A stretch of DNA of 32,000 nucleotides, taken from positions 3,690,001 through 3,722,000 of the forward strand of contig LT962688.1 of the NCBI GenBank assembly GCA_900234795.1, read 5' to 3'. Below, piece by piece: positions 1 through 10,002 of the stretch (its first letter is position 1; each line of letters opens with the position of its first letter). The position numbers and the translations under genes are program-made. The DNA is from Methylorubrum extorquens. Its GTDB lineage: Bacteria; Pseudomonadota; Alphaproteobacteria; Rhizobiales; Beijerinckiaceae. The notes under the pieces are model-generated. The model was not told the DNA's origin. It did no database searches and saw only the letters and a list, made by a program, of their open reading frames with translations.

Positions 1-253
1 TCACCAGCGGGTCGAACTCCGGCGACGTCGTCACGAAGTCGCGAAAGTGCGTCCCGGTCGAGACGATCATCACCGCCTGCGGGGCGCCGGCGAAGCGGGC
101 GAGTTCGACGAGCACCTCGCGCCACAGCTCCGGCAAGGCCGCCGCTTCGTAGATCCGGTCGATCAGGGCAGCCCCCTCGGCCGACAGGGCGGCGGCCGGC
201 TCGATCGAGGCCGAGCGGATGGCGGAGGGAAAGGGGTTGGAATGGATCGTCAT
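1..253 (-). CDS. Partial CDS (N-terminal 84 codons; the gene runs off the window start). The N-terminus resembles LuxR-family regulators of Rhizobiales.
   Basis: ATG is at 253-251 and the reverse frame stays open to position 1, with GC-rich third positions. It translates as MTIHSNPFPSAIRSASIEPAAALSAEGAALIDRIYEAAALPELWREVLVELARFAGAPQAVMIV. The LIDRIYEAA..PE.W motif is typical of the sensory N-termini of these regulators. It is absent from the ORF track because it has no stop in the window. Confidence 0.45.
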   Translation of the reverse strand, partial: MTIHSNPFPSAIRSASIEPAAALSAEGAALIDRIYEAAALPELWREVLVELARFAGAPQAVMIVSTGTHFRDFVTTSPEFDPLV

Positions 254-635
254 GAATCGAGCGAAAGCAATGGAACGAACGCGGTCACAGGGTCGGAATT
301 TGCCATCTCCGCAGGCCGCGGGATACAGCATTGGGCTTGCTGGAACAGTATTTTGTCGGATCTTGTCCCCAGAAAAGCAATCACAACCTGCACACAGCCA
401 GACTCCAGTCCCCTAACGGGAAATTAAAATCAGTATGTCGCGCTGAATTCCCCCTTTTTAGCCGATTAACAAATGCAATGAAACTTGTCTTCCCTGACAG
501 CGGGCCAACGTCTCGCCGGGACGCGAGAGACGCCCTCCGGAGAATGAGCGCGATCCATGCCGGCCGGGGACGATTGATCGCGGCGCCCGGTGACCGAGAT
601 CTCCGCCGGGATCGGCTAGGCAGGGAGGATGATCC

Positions 636-1367
636 ATGCGGCTCCACGTTCTCGGTTGCGGCGACGCGTTCGGCTCGGGCGGGCGCTTCAACACCTGCTT
701 CCACGTCGATGCGCCCGGCGGCGCCTTCCTCATCGATTGCGGCGCCTCCGCGCTCATCGCGATCCGGCGCTTCGGCGTCGAGCCGAACCGCATCCGCACG
801 GTGTTCCTCACCCATCTCCACGGCGACCATTTCGGCGGCCTGCCCTGGCTGATCCTCGACGGGCAGCTCGTCAGCGGGCGCACGGAGCCGTTGACCGTGG
901 TCGGACCGCCGGGCACGGCCGAGCGCCTTCCGGCGGCGATGGAGGTGTTGTTTCCCGGCTCCAGCACGGCCGAGCGCCGATTCCCAGTCGAGGTCGTGGA
1001 GATGGAAGCCGGGCGCCCGGTCGAGACCGGGGGCGTGCGGGCCACCGCCTTCACCATGCGCCACCCCTCGGGCGCACCGGCACACGCCCTGCGGATCGAG
1101 GCGGCGGGCAAGGTCGTCAGCTATACCGGCGACACCGAGTGGGTGGAGGATATCGTCGCCGCGGGGCGTGGGGCGGACCTGATGATTGCCGAGGGCTACA
1201 CCGTGGAGCGTCCGGTGAAATTCCACCTCGATTGGGCGACGCTGAAGCGGCGCCTGCCCGAGATCGGCCCGAAGCAGCTGATGCTCACGCATATGAGCCT
1301 GGAGATGATCGCTTACCCGCCGGACGGTTACATCGCAGCCGAGGACGGGCTCGTCCTCACCCTTTGA
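636..1367 (+). CDS. MBL-fold metallo-hydrolase (RNase Z / beta-lactamase-like superfamily)
   Basis: 243-aa ORF with the THLHGDHFGG metal-binding motif and an N-terminal LGCGDAFGSGGR motif. GGAGGA lies 6 nt upstream of the ATG. Confidence 0.9.
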   Translation: MRLHVLGCGDAFGSGGRFNTCFHVDAPGGAFLIDCGASALIAIRRFGVEPNRIRTVFLTHLHGDHFGGLPWLILDGQLVSGRTEPLTVVGPPGTAERLPAAMEVLFPGSSTAERRFPVEVVEMEAGRPVETGGVRATAFTMRHPSGAPAHALRIEAAGKVVSYTGDTEWVEDIVAAGRGADLMIAEGYTVERPVKFHLDWATLKRRLPEIGPKQLMLTHMSLEMIAYPPDGYIAAEDGLVLTL

Positions 1368-1389
1368 CCCCGCCCCTCGCTACGCGCGA

Positions 1390-1713
1390 TCAGCGCTTGC
1401 GCACGAATTCCGTGCGCAGGACGAGGCCCTTGATGCTGTCGTGGCGGCAATCGATCTCCTCCGGATCGTCCGTGAGGCGGATCGACCGGATGACGGTGCC
1501 CTGCTTCAGGGTCTGGTTCGCGCCCTTGACCTTGAGATCCTTGATCAGGGTGACCGCATCACCGTCGGCCAGGATGTTGCCCGCGGCGTCGCGGACAGGC
1601 GCCCTCGCAGCCGGCGTCTCGGCCGCCGCGCCAGCGGGGCGCCATTCGCCGAGCGCTTCGTCGTAGATGTAGGTGTCGTCCGTATCCGGCATCGTCTGGC
1701 TCCTGGCGGTCAC
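1390..1713 (-). CDS. PhnA/YjdM-domain protein (C-terminal domain only; no zinc ribbon)
   Basis: The C-terminal ~65 aa (GNILADGDAVTLIKDLKVKGANQTLKQGTVIRSIRL...IDCRHD..KGLVLRTEFVRKR) match the PhnA C-terminal domain. The start could also be Met8 (1692). Confidence 0.85.
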   Translation of the reverse strand: MTARSQTMPDTDDTYIYDEALGEWRPAGAAAETPAARAPVRDAAGNILADGDAVTLIKDLKVKGANQTLKQGTVIRSIRLTDDPEEIDCRHDSIKGLVLRTEFVRKR

Positions 1714-1913
1714 GCCACCGTGAGCGCGGCCATAGCGGTGGCTTGGGATAGCGGCGCCTTGGGCAGGCCGACAAGCGCGTTGCGAGCATAGCTCCGAACC
1801 GACTACCGTTCCGCGAGTTGGCAGCGGGTGTTCGCAGGGTCACCGTTACCTGCGTGTCATCCCATTCGGGCAAACAGCCCGACCCCATGTTTACGACCGG
1901 AGTCACACCGACC

Positions 1914-2468
1914 ATGCGCCAGGAAATGCTCTCCGGACTGCTCGGCCTCGGCCTGCTCTGCGCGCCGGCCCTCGTCGCGGGCACCGTTCCCGCCTCGGCG
2001 CAGGCGCCCGCCCAACCGGCCGCCCCGGTCGTCACCGCCGACCCCGAGCGCTTGGCCGCCGCCCGCGAGGTCGTCGCCGCGGCGCAGGGGGACCGGGCCG
2101 CGGTGCTCGCGGCGATGAAGGCGCCGATGGCCGGGGTGATGCAGCAAATGGGTCTCACGGACCCGAAGAAGGCCCAGGTGATGGTGGACGAGGTCGTCAT
2201 GCCGACGCTCTCGGAGAATTACGACGACCTGCTCGCGATCCAGGCCCTCAGCTTCGCCTCCGTCCTCTCGAAGGAGGATCTGAAGGCGGTCGCCGGCTTC
2301 TACGCCACGCCGGCGGGCAAGAACCTCGTGAAGGCGCAGCCGCAACTGAGCCAGGCGATGCTGACGGGCATGCAGCAATGGATGGGCACGCTGCTGCCGC
2401 AGCTCAAGGAGAAGGTCGAGAAGGCCGCCGCGGCGCATGGCTGGTCGAACGAGGTCAAGCGGCGCTGA
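1914..2468 (+). CDS. Secreted DUF2059-family protein
   Basis: I moved the start from ORF-track 1818 to ATG 1914. This gives a signal peptide MRQEMLSGLLGLGLLCAPALVAGTVPASAQA. The C-terminal FYATPAGKNLVKAQPQL is typical of DUF2059. Confidence 0.8.
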   Translation: MRQEMLSGLLGLGLLCAPALVAGTVPASAQAPAQPAAPVVTADPERLAAAREVVAAAQGDRAAVLAAMKAPMAGVMQQMGLTDPKKAQVMVDEVVMPTLSENYDDLLAIQALSFASVLSKEDLKAVAGFYATPAGKNLVKAQPQLSQAMLTGMQQWMGTLLPQLKEKVEKAAAAHGWSNEVKRR

Positions 2469-2474
2469 GTCCCC

Positions 2475-2942
2475 TCACCGCTTCGGATCGAACAGGGCCG
2501 CGGCCGCGGGCCCCTGCGGGAAGGTCAGGGGCATCCGGACGACGCCGCGGTGATAGGGGAAGCGGGCGCGCTGGAGCGGGTCCGGCCCGGTGAAGATCAG
2601 CCGCGGCCGGAACGAGACCGGGCTGACGCAGAGCAGGTAAGTGCGCAGGTTGCGCTCGTCGGGCACGAACATCGCCGTGTCGAGGTAGCGCGCCTCGTGC
2701 CGCACCCAAGCCGGGATGAACGGCAGCCGCCAGCGCCGGGCGAGATGCTCGCCGACCCCGCCGAGGAAGGCATCGGGCCGGGCGTCTCCCAGAAAGCCCG
2801 GATCCTCGGCGATCATCGCCCCCTGGGCGGCGGTGTCGCCGTCGAGCGCGTAGAAGGCGTCGAGGAAGTTCTGCAGGTGGTGATCCCAATCGCCATCCGC
2901 GCGCGCCCGCTCGACCACCTCGCGCAAGGAGGCCGGCCTCAT
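2475..2942 (-). CDS. Hypothetical protein, 155 aa
   Basis: The ORF has GC-rich third positions. Its ATG overlaps the stop of the upstream 68-aa ORF (ATGA at 2939-2942). I recognised no motif. Confidence 0.6.
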   Translation of the reverse strand: MRPASLREVVERARADGDWDHHLQNFLDAFYALDGDTAAQGAMIAEDPGFLGDARPDAFLGGVGEHLARRWRLPFIPAWVRHEARYLDTAMFVPDERNLRTYLLCVSPVSFRPRLIFTGPDPLQRARFPYHRGVVRMPLTFPQGPAAAALFDPKR

Positions 2943-3145
2943 CGTGGGCCATCCTGAAGCACCGACCGGAAGCGCAGGCTCGCCTCATCGGGTGGCGTCT
3001 CGTCGTAGACGGAGACGTACAGGTCTTGCAGCGCCGCCCCGCCTCCGTAGACGGCGAGTTCGACGAACAGCCCCCGCGCGGACAGATCCGCGCCGAGCAG
3101 CTCAAAGGCCTGGAGGAGGCGGGTGCGGTCGAAGGCCAGGGCCAT
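2939..3145 (-). CDS. Hypothetical small protein, 68 aa
   Basis: Third positions are strongly GC-rich. It lies 40 bp downstream of the hemA stop on the same strand. The N-terminus FDRTRLLQAFELLGADLSARGLFVELAVYGGGAAL resembles the first strand/helix of minimal nucleotidyltransferase-type proteins, but no catalytic Asp motif follows. No clear Shine-Dalgarno. Confidence 0.5.
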   Translation of the reverse strand: MALAFDRTRLLQAFELLGADLSARGLFVELAVYGGGAALQDLYVSVYDETPPDEASLRFRSVLQDGPR

Positions 3146-3184
3146 GCGGACAGTGTAGCCGATGCCGCGGCCTTCGCGAAAAGG

Positions 3185-4573
3185 CTACTCCGCCGCTGCG
3201 GCGAACACCGTCCCGGCCCGCGGCAGATCCAGGGTATCCCAGGTTTCCACCAGCGCGGCGGTCAGCGCACCGATCCGCTCGTCGTCATGGAAGGGCGAGG
3301 GCGTGATCCGCAGGCGCTCGGTGCCGCGCGGGACGGTGGGATAGTTGATCGGCTGGATGTAGATGTCGTGGTGCTCCAGCAGGTGGTCGGCCGCCGCCTT
3401 GCACAGCTCGGCATCGCCGACCATCAGCGGCACGATGTGGGTCTCGGTGTGCAGCACCGGCAGGCCGGCGGCTTCCAACGCCGCCTTGGTGCGGGCGGCC
3501 TGGCGCTGATGCGCCTCGCGCTCGGTCTTCGAGCGCTTGAGGTAGCGCACCGAGGCGCGCGCCGCCGCGGCGACGGCCGGCGGCAGGGCCGTGGTGAAGA
3601 TGAAGCCGGCCGCGTGGCTGCGAACCGCGTCGCACAGGGTCGCCGTGCCGGTGATGTAGCCGCCGACGCAGCCGAAGCCCTTGGCGAGCGTCCCCTCGAT
3701 CACATCGACCCGGTGCATCACACGATCGCGCTCGGCGATGCCGGCGCCACGCTCGCCGTAGAGGCCGACCGCATGGACCTCGTCGAGATAGGTCATGGCG
3801 CCGTAGGCATCGGCAAGGTCGCAGATCGCGGCGATCGGCGCCACGTCGCCATCCATCGAGTAGACCGACTCGAAGGCGATCAGCTTGGGTCGGTCGCCGG
3901 CCTCGGCGAGCAGCTGCTCGAGATGTTCGAGGTCGTTGTGGCGGAAGACGCGCTTCTCGCAGCCGGAATGGCGCACGCCCTCGATCATCGAATTGTGGTT
4001 GAAGGCGTCCGACAGGATCAGGCAGTTCGGCAGCAGCTTCGCGATGGTGGAGATGCCGGCCTGATTCGAGACGTAGCCCGAGGTGAAGACGAGGCCCGCC
4101 TCCTTGCCGTGCAGGTCGGCGAGTTCGCGCTCCAAATCGACCAGCGGCGAGTTGTTGCCGGCGATGTTGCGGGTGCCGCCGGCGCCGACGCCGCAGCGGG
4201 CGGCCGTGTCGGTCAGGGCCGCGACGACCTCGGGGTGCTGGCCCATGCCGAGATAGTCGTTGGAGCACCATACGGTGATCTCGCGGTTGCCGCCCTCGGG
4301 GCGCCGCCACGTGGCCTGCGGAAAGCGTCCGGAGATCCGCTCGATGTCGGCGAAGACGCGGTAGCGGCGCTCGCTGTGCAGCCGGTCGAGGGCGGCGCGG
4401 AAATGGCCGTCGTAATCCGTGCGCGGGCCGGCGGGGCGCACCGGCGGCCGCTCGAATTTGGCCCGGCCATTGCTAGCACCGGAATCGTCCACGCCGCCAT
4501 CGCCGCCGACGATCGACTCGTCGGTCAGGCTGGCGCTGTCGGCCGCGTTCACAGGCATCAGGTTCACGGGCAT
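3185..4573 (-). CDS. hemA: 5-aminolevulinate synthase
   Basis: Motifs [62 protein letters not shown] (PLP-lysine region) and [21 protein letters not shown]. The conserved core starts near residue 54. The upstream 53 aa are low-complexity, so the true start may be internal (for example GTG at 4441-4439). Confidence 0.95.
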   Translation of the reverse strand: MPVNLMPVNAADSASLTDESIVGGDGGVDDSGASNGRAKFERPPVRPAGPRTDYDGHFRAALDRLHSERRYRVFADIERISGRFPQATWRRPEGGNREITVWCSNDYLGMGQHPEVVAALTDTAARCGVGAGGTRNIAGNNSPLVDLERELADLHGKEAGLVFTSGYVSNQAGISTIAKLLPNCLILSDAFNHNSMIEGVRHSGCEKRVFRHNDLEHLEQLLAEAGDRPKLIAFESVYSMDGDVAPIAAICDLADAYGAMTYLDEVHAVGLYGERGAGIAERDRVMHRVDVIEGTLAKGFGCVGGYITGTATLCDAVRSHAAGFIFTTALPPAVAAAARASVRYLKRSKTEREAHQRQAARTKAALEAAGLPVLHTETHIVPLMVGDAELCKAAADHLLEHHDIYIQPINYPTVPRGTERLRITPSPFHDDERIGALTAALVETWDTLDLPRAGTVFAAAAE

Positions 4574-4739
4574 CCGTCCTCGACGCTTTCGGCTGGCCGG
4601 GCGTTCTTCTTGGGACGCCTCGGTTTAAAGAATTCGGGCCCGGACCCTACCCCGGAGAGCGTGGCCGAACCGTTCGCGGCCGGGGCGGTGATCTCCCAGG
4701 GTTCAGCCCCCAGGGAGCGGCACGGCCTTCGCCGCGCGT

Positions 4740-4781
4740 CATCGTCCGACCGGCGGCTTTTCGCATTCCGTTCGGGACGAG
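4740..4781. repeat. Degenerate copy of the CATCGT..CCGA/TCGG..ACGAxG palindromic repeat family
   Basis: Sequence CATCGTCCGAccggcggcttttcgcattccgtTCGGGACGAG. The arms are imperfectly complementary and the core cggcttttcg resembles the other copies. Confidence 0.35.
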
Positions 4782-4823
4782 TCCCTCGCCGGTGCCGCCG
4801 TGACCGCAAGATAGGAGGTAATT

Positions 4824-4837
4824 TCGAACTGGTTCAA
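4824..4837 (-). promoter_or_regulatory. Candidate FixK/FNR-type box upstream of hemA
   Basis: The minus strand reads TTGAaccagtTCGA, matching 7 of 8 positions of the TTGA-N6-TCAA consensus. It sits in a visibly AT-richer patch about 255 bp upstream of ATG 4573. Confidence 0.3.
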
Positions 4838-5164
4838 GGTGAGTTCGAGACATTCCTGCTTTGCACAGGCGCGAAGGGCCCTGCGATCTTGCCCGGATCC
4901 GAGCTCGATCATCGAATGCTCGCTCTCAGATGCCGTCCTAGTAGCGCGATGTCATGCAACGCTCGCGAGAACCGACGCTCGCTGATTCGCCCATGAACCC
5001 CGCCTTGGGTGACGATGGGTCGCGGTGTGGAGCGAGGCCCATGCTCGGCGGCGGATGCGCTGGCGAAGGGGATAAAATCGGGATACGGCCTTTCCCGAGA
5101 TGGCCGAGCGCACGCATCGGCGGCGACGGGCGCTTCGCCGGGTGAAATCGTTTCGGAACGCGAG

Positions 5165-5314
5165 ATGGCGACCAAGGACGAGGAGCGCGCCGCCCGCCTC
5201 AAAGCGGCCCTGCGCGACAACCTGCGCCGCCGCAAGGCGCAAGCCCGGAGCCGGGCCGACGACGCACCCGAGCCCGCGAAGGCGCAGCCGGCCGAACCGG
5301 CCGAGAAGAGCTAG
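5165..5314 (+). CDS. Small basic hypothetical protein, 49 aa
   Basis: I trimmed the start from ORF-track 5009 to ATG 5165. The product is [51 protein letters not shown]3 is very high downstream of 5165, while the region upstream of it looks non-coding. Confidence 0.5.
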   Translation: MATKDEERAARLKAALRDNLRRRKAQARSRADDAPEPAKAQPAEPAEKS

Positions 5315-5505
5315 CTCCCGCCGCCCGACTTGCCTCCCCTGCGCCACGTTATTGGAGCGATGCTTCGGGCGCGGGATGGAACCGAACGGCCACGCTTCTT
5401 CTTTTTGCCGGATACCGCCTATACCTCCACCCTGAACAAGGGGCGCTCGCGCCCGGCACGCAAGGCGACCTCCGCGATCGGAACGGGGGTGCTCCGAGGA
5501 TTCCG

Positions 5506-6795
5506 ATGGACCGCATCCACATCACCGGCGGCACGCCGCTCAACGGCACGATCCCGATCTCGGGCGCCAAGAACGCGGCGCTGCCGCTGATGATCGCGAG
5601 CCTTCTCACCGGGGAGACGCTGGAACTCATCAACGTGCCGCGGCTCGCCGACATCGCGGCGCTGACGCGCATTCTCGGCAATCACGGTGTCGATCACATG
5701 GTCGTCGGCAAGCGGCCGGGGCAGACGGCCGAGACCGGCCAGACCGTCCGGCTCACCGCCTCGAACGTCATCGACACCACCGCGCCCTACGAACTCGTCT
5801 CGACCATGCGGGCGAGCTTCTGGGTCATCGCGCCGCTGCTGGCCCGCTTCGGCGAGGCCAAGGTCTCGCTGCCCGGCGGCTGCGCCATCGGCACCCGGCC
5901 GGTCAACCTGCTGATCATGGCGCTGGAAAAGCTCGGCGCCGAGATCGAGATCGACGGCGGCTACGTGGTCGCGAAGACGAAGAACGGGCTGCGCGGCGCC
6001 GAGATCGTCTTCCCCAGCGTCACCGTCGGCGGCACCCATGTCGCCCTGATGGCGGCCGCGCTCGCCTACGGCACTACGGTGATCGACAACGCCGCCCGCG
6101 AGCCGGAAGTCGTCGATCTCGCCGAATGCCTGATCAAGATGGGCGCGCGGATCGAGGGTGCGGGCACCTCCCGCATCGTCGTGGAGGGCGTGGCTCGCCT
6201 CGGCGGCACCCGGCACGAGGTTCTGCCGGACCGGATCGAGACCGGCACCTACGCCATGGCGGTGGCAATGACCGGGGGCGACGTCTCCCTGGTCAACACC
6301 CGGACCGACCTGCTCGCCTCGGCCCTCGAGACGCTGGCCTCCACCGGCACCGAGGTCACGGCCCTGCCCGACGGCATCCGCGTGCGCCGCAACGGCGGCG
6401 GCATCAGCCCGGCCGACGTGACGACCGATCCGTTCCCCGGCTTCCCGACCGATCTCCAGGCGCAGTTCATGGCGCTGATGACGCTGGCCAAGGGTCAGTC
6501 GCGCATCCGCGAGACGATCTTCGAGAACCGCTTCATGCACGTGCAGGAATTGGCTCGCCTCGGCGCGCGGATCCGCCTCGACGGCGATCTCGCCGTGGTC
6601 GAGGGCGTCGAGCGCCTGAAGGGTGCGCCCGTCATGGCCACCGACCTGCGCGCCTCGGTCTCGCTGGTGATCGGCGCGCTCGCCGCCGAAGGCGAGACGC
6701 AGATCAACCGCGTCTACCACCTCGACCGCGGCTTCGAGGCCCTGGAGGCCAAGCTCGCCCGCTGCGGCGCGCAGATCGAGCGCGTGCGGGCCTGA
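5506..6795 (+). CDS. murA: UDP-N-acetylglucosamine 1-carboxyvinyltransferase
   Basis: 429 aa with [26 protein letters not shown] (catalytic Cys loop), [15 protein letters not shown] and YHLDRGFE. Confidence 0.97.
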   Translation: MDRIHITGGTPLNGTIPISGAKNAALPLMIASLLTGETLELINVPRLADIAALTRILGNHGVDHMVVGKRPGQTAETGQTVRLTASNVIDTTAPYELVSTMRASFWVIAPLLARFGEAKVSLPGGCAIGTRPVNLLIMALEKLGAEIEIDGGYVVAKTKNGLRGAEIVFPSVTVGGTHVALMAAALAYGTTVIDNAAREPEVVDLAECLIKMGARIEGAGTSRIVVEGVARLGGTRHEVLPDRIETGTYAMAVAMTGGDVSLVNTRTDLLASALETLASTGTEVTALPDGIRVRRNGGGISPADVTTDPFPGFPTDLQAQFMALMTLAKGQSRIRETIFENRFMHVQELARLGARIRLDGDLAVVEGVERLKGAPVMATDLRASVSLVIGALAAEGETQINRVYHLDRGFEALEAKLARCGAQIERVRA

Positions 6796-6838
6796 CGGCG
6801 CCCGGCGCCGATCTTACCACTCGGCCCCACACGGAAAC

Positions 6839-6873
6839 GGCCTGCACCGCGCGGTGCAGGCCGAGACTGTTTT
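6839..6873. terminator. Hairpin between the convergent murA and the small secreted-protein gene
   Basis: GGCCTGCACC-gcgc-GGTGCAGGCC is a perfect 10-bp stem. A TTTT run follows 7 nt downstream on the plus strand, and GTTT follows on the minus strand. Confidence 0.5.
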
Positions 6874-6890
6874 AAGACGATCCCGAGGGG

Positions 6891-7271
6891 TCAGCGGGCG
6901 ATGGCGCCGCGCTTCACGCCGAAGCCGGGAATATCGCAGGCGCAGGGCGCGTTCGGCGGGGCGAAGCCTGTCGCGCAACTGCCGCGGGCGGTGATGCAGA
7001 CGCTGCCGCCGCGTCCGCCGCGGGGCGGCCCCCGGAAGCGCGGACCATCGTCCTCATCGTCGAAGCGGCGGCGCCGGCCACCATCATCGCCGTAGCGGCG
7101 CCGACCATAACCGTCGTCGTCATCGCGGGAGCGGCGGCTGTAGCCGTCGTCGTAGCGGCGCGGACCGTCATAGCCATCGCGATAAGACTGGGCGCTCGCC
7201 GGGCTCGCCACGAACCCGAGGGCCAGGACGACCCCCAAGGCGCGCCCCATGGCCAGAACTCCGTTTTGCAT
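6891..7271 (-). CDS. Small secreted Asp/Arg/Gly/Tyr-rich protein with a 4-Cys C-terminus, 126 aa
   Basis: GGAGGGG lies upstream of the ATGs at 7280 and 7271. The signal peptide is MQNGVLAMGRALGVVLALGFVASPASAQS. The C-terminus is CITARGSCATGFAPPNAPCAC. The ORF-track start at 7757 is rejected. Confidence 0.65.
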   Translation of the reverse strand: MQNGVLAMGRALGVVLALGFVASPASAQSYRDGYDGPRRYDDGYSRRSRDDDDGYGRRRYGDDGGRRRRFDDEDDGPRFRGPPRGGRGGSVCITARGSCATGFAPPNAPCACDIPGFGVKRGAIAR

Positions 7272-7559
7272 CGTCCGCATCCCCTCCGGATGACTTGGAA
7301 AAGTCACGCTGACCTTAGCCATGCGCTCATGAACGCACGATGAGCCCAAAAGAACCGCAGCCTGTGATCGCGGCTCGGACATCACGCGCCGGGTACGGCG
7401 CGCTCCTGTGCGGGGTGGACTTTCCGACGCCGAACCGGCCTCCGGGTCGCCGAAACGCGCTTCGACCCGTCCGGCTGCCGGTTGCCGCAGGCGGGTCGCG
7501 TCGCTACCTACGCCTCGAAATCCGCTCGCCGCGTGTTCGGTCGGAGAGCTCGGAGCGTA

Positions 7560-8020
7560 ATGATGGAGCTTCTCAAGCTCGCCGCCCTCGATGCCGAGGA
7601 TCTCGCCGTCATCTCCGCCCACCTTCAGGACGCGATCCTGCGGGCGGAGGATCTCGCGTGGCTGCCGGGCGAGCACCGCTTCGCCCTGGCGGCGCGCCGT
7701 TTCGACTGGTCGGTGCCGCCGGGTCAGCCGCCCCGGCGACGCCTCTCGGGCCTGCATTTCGAGCGCGTGCTCTCTCGGTGAAGACCAAGGGCATCACGCC
7801 GGGGGCGACCTCCGGCGATCCCTTGAGCCTTCTGGCGATCACCTTCGAGGAAACCGAGGCGCCTTCCGGCGTCGCCACCCTGGTCTTTTCGGGCGGAGCC
7901 GCGATCCGGCTCGAACTCGAATGCATCGAGGTGCGCCTGAAGGATCTCGGCCCCGTCTGGGAAGCCGATGGCCGCCCCGACCACGAGGCCGTGCGCAACC
8001 TCGTCGAGAACCGCCCGTGA
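7560..8020 (+). pseudogene. DUF2948-family protein interrupted by a 2-nt frameshift
   Basis: The N-terminal part MMELLKLAALDAEDLAVISAHLQDA...GLHFERVLS is in the frame of 7560 and stops at 7779-7781. It continues as VKTKGITPG...[15 protein letters not shown] in the frame of ORF 7340..8020. The switch is inside CTCTCTC (7770-7776). Deleting one CT restores VLSVKTKG. The length is 461 = 459 + 2. Confidence 0.75.
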
Positions 8021-8051
8021 TCCCCTTCCCCCGAACCGCCGATATCGCCCG

Positions 8052-9348
<1,297 letters not shown>

Positions 9349-9477
9349 GGCTTCCGATCGGCCGGGATCACGTTTCGGATCGATCGCCCGGAGCGCTTGC
9401 GTGCGGGCCCGGCTTGCGGCTCATGTGACGGAAACAGGGCGCCCGGATTCGGGTGCCGACGCGAGAAGGCGCCGGCG

Positions 9478-10002
9478 ATGAAGGCCGAACCGAAGCAGGG
9501 GGCGCAAGACGCGCAGGGCGAGGCACCGGCAAAGCCGCGAAACCGGCTCGCGGCGGTGCGTTTCGACGAGGGCTCGATCGGCCGGGGCAACCCCGACCAG
9601 GAGCACGAGCGCGCCATCGCGATCTACGACATCCTGGAGGAAAATTCCTTCACGATCCCCGAGCGCGACGAGGGCCCGTACGGGCTGGTCCTCGGCCTCG
9701 TCGAGAACAAGCTGTCCTTCGCGATCGCGACCGAGGCGGGCGAGCCGGTGATGACCCACCTGCTCTCGCTCACTCCGTTCCGCCGGGTCATCCGCGACTA
9801 CGAGATGATCTGCGAGAGCTATTACAGCGCGATCCGCACCGCCTCGCCGACGCAGATCGAGGCGATCGATATGGGGCGGCGCGGCCTGCACAACGAAGCG
9901 TCCGAGCTGTTGCGGCAGCGCCTCGAAGGCAAGGTCGATCTCGACCATGACACGGCGCGGCGCCTGTTCACCCTGATCTTCGCCCTTCATTGGAAGGGCT
10001 GA
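9478..10002 (+). CDS. UPF0262-family protein
   Basis: I trimmed the start to ATG 9478, which has GAGAAGG upstream. Motifs include [40 protein letters not shown] and [14 protein letters not shown]. Confidence 0.85.
   Translation: MKAEPKQGAQDAQGEAPAKPRNRLAAVRFDEGSIGRGNPDQEHERAIAIYDILEENSFTIPERDEGPYGLVLGLVENKLSFAIATEAGEPVMTHLLSLTPFRRVIRDYEMICESYYSAIRTASPTQIEAIDMGRRGLHNEASELLRQRLEGKVDLDHDTARRLFTLIFALHWKG

Noticed and set aside
254-635. lux-box-like or other operator, or a small RNA, in the AT-richer spacer between the partial LuxR-like gene and the MBL hydrolase gene
   Set aside because: Only weak symmetry was seen. CTGcacacagcCAG has the wrong spacing for a lux box. GGGAAATT-N19-GAATTCCC followed by CCTTTTT is a poor hairpin. 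Nothing is convincing enough to annotate.
3026-4996. 656-aa plus-strand ORF
   Set aside because: It is antisense to the unambiguous hemA gene. Its composition is dominated by Arg/Gly/Ala/Asp/Val, typical of shadow frames in GC-rich DNA, and it has no recognisable motif.
5419-6720. 433-aa minus-strand ORF
   Set aside because: It is antisense to murA and is a GC-driven shadow ORF.
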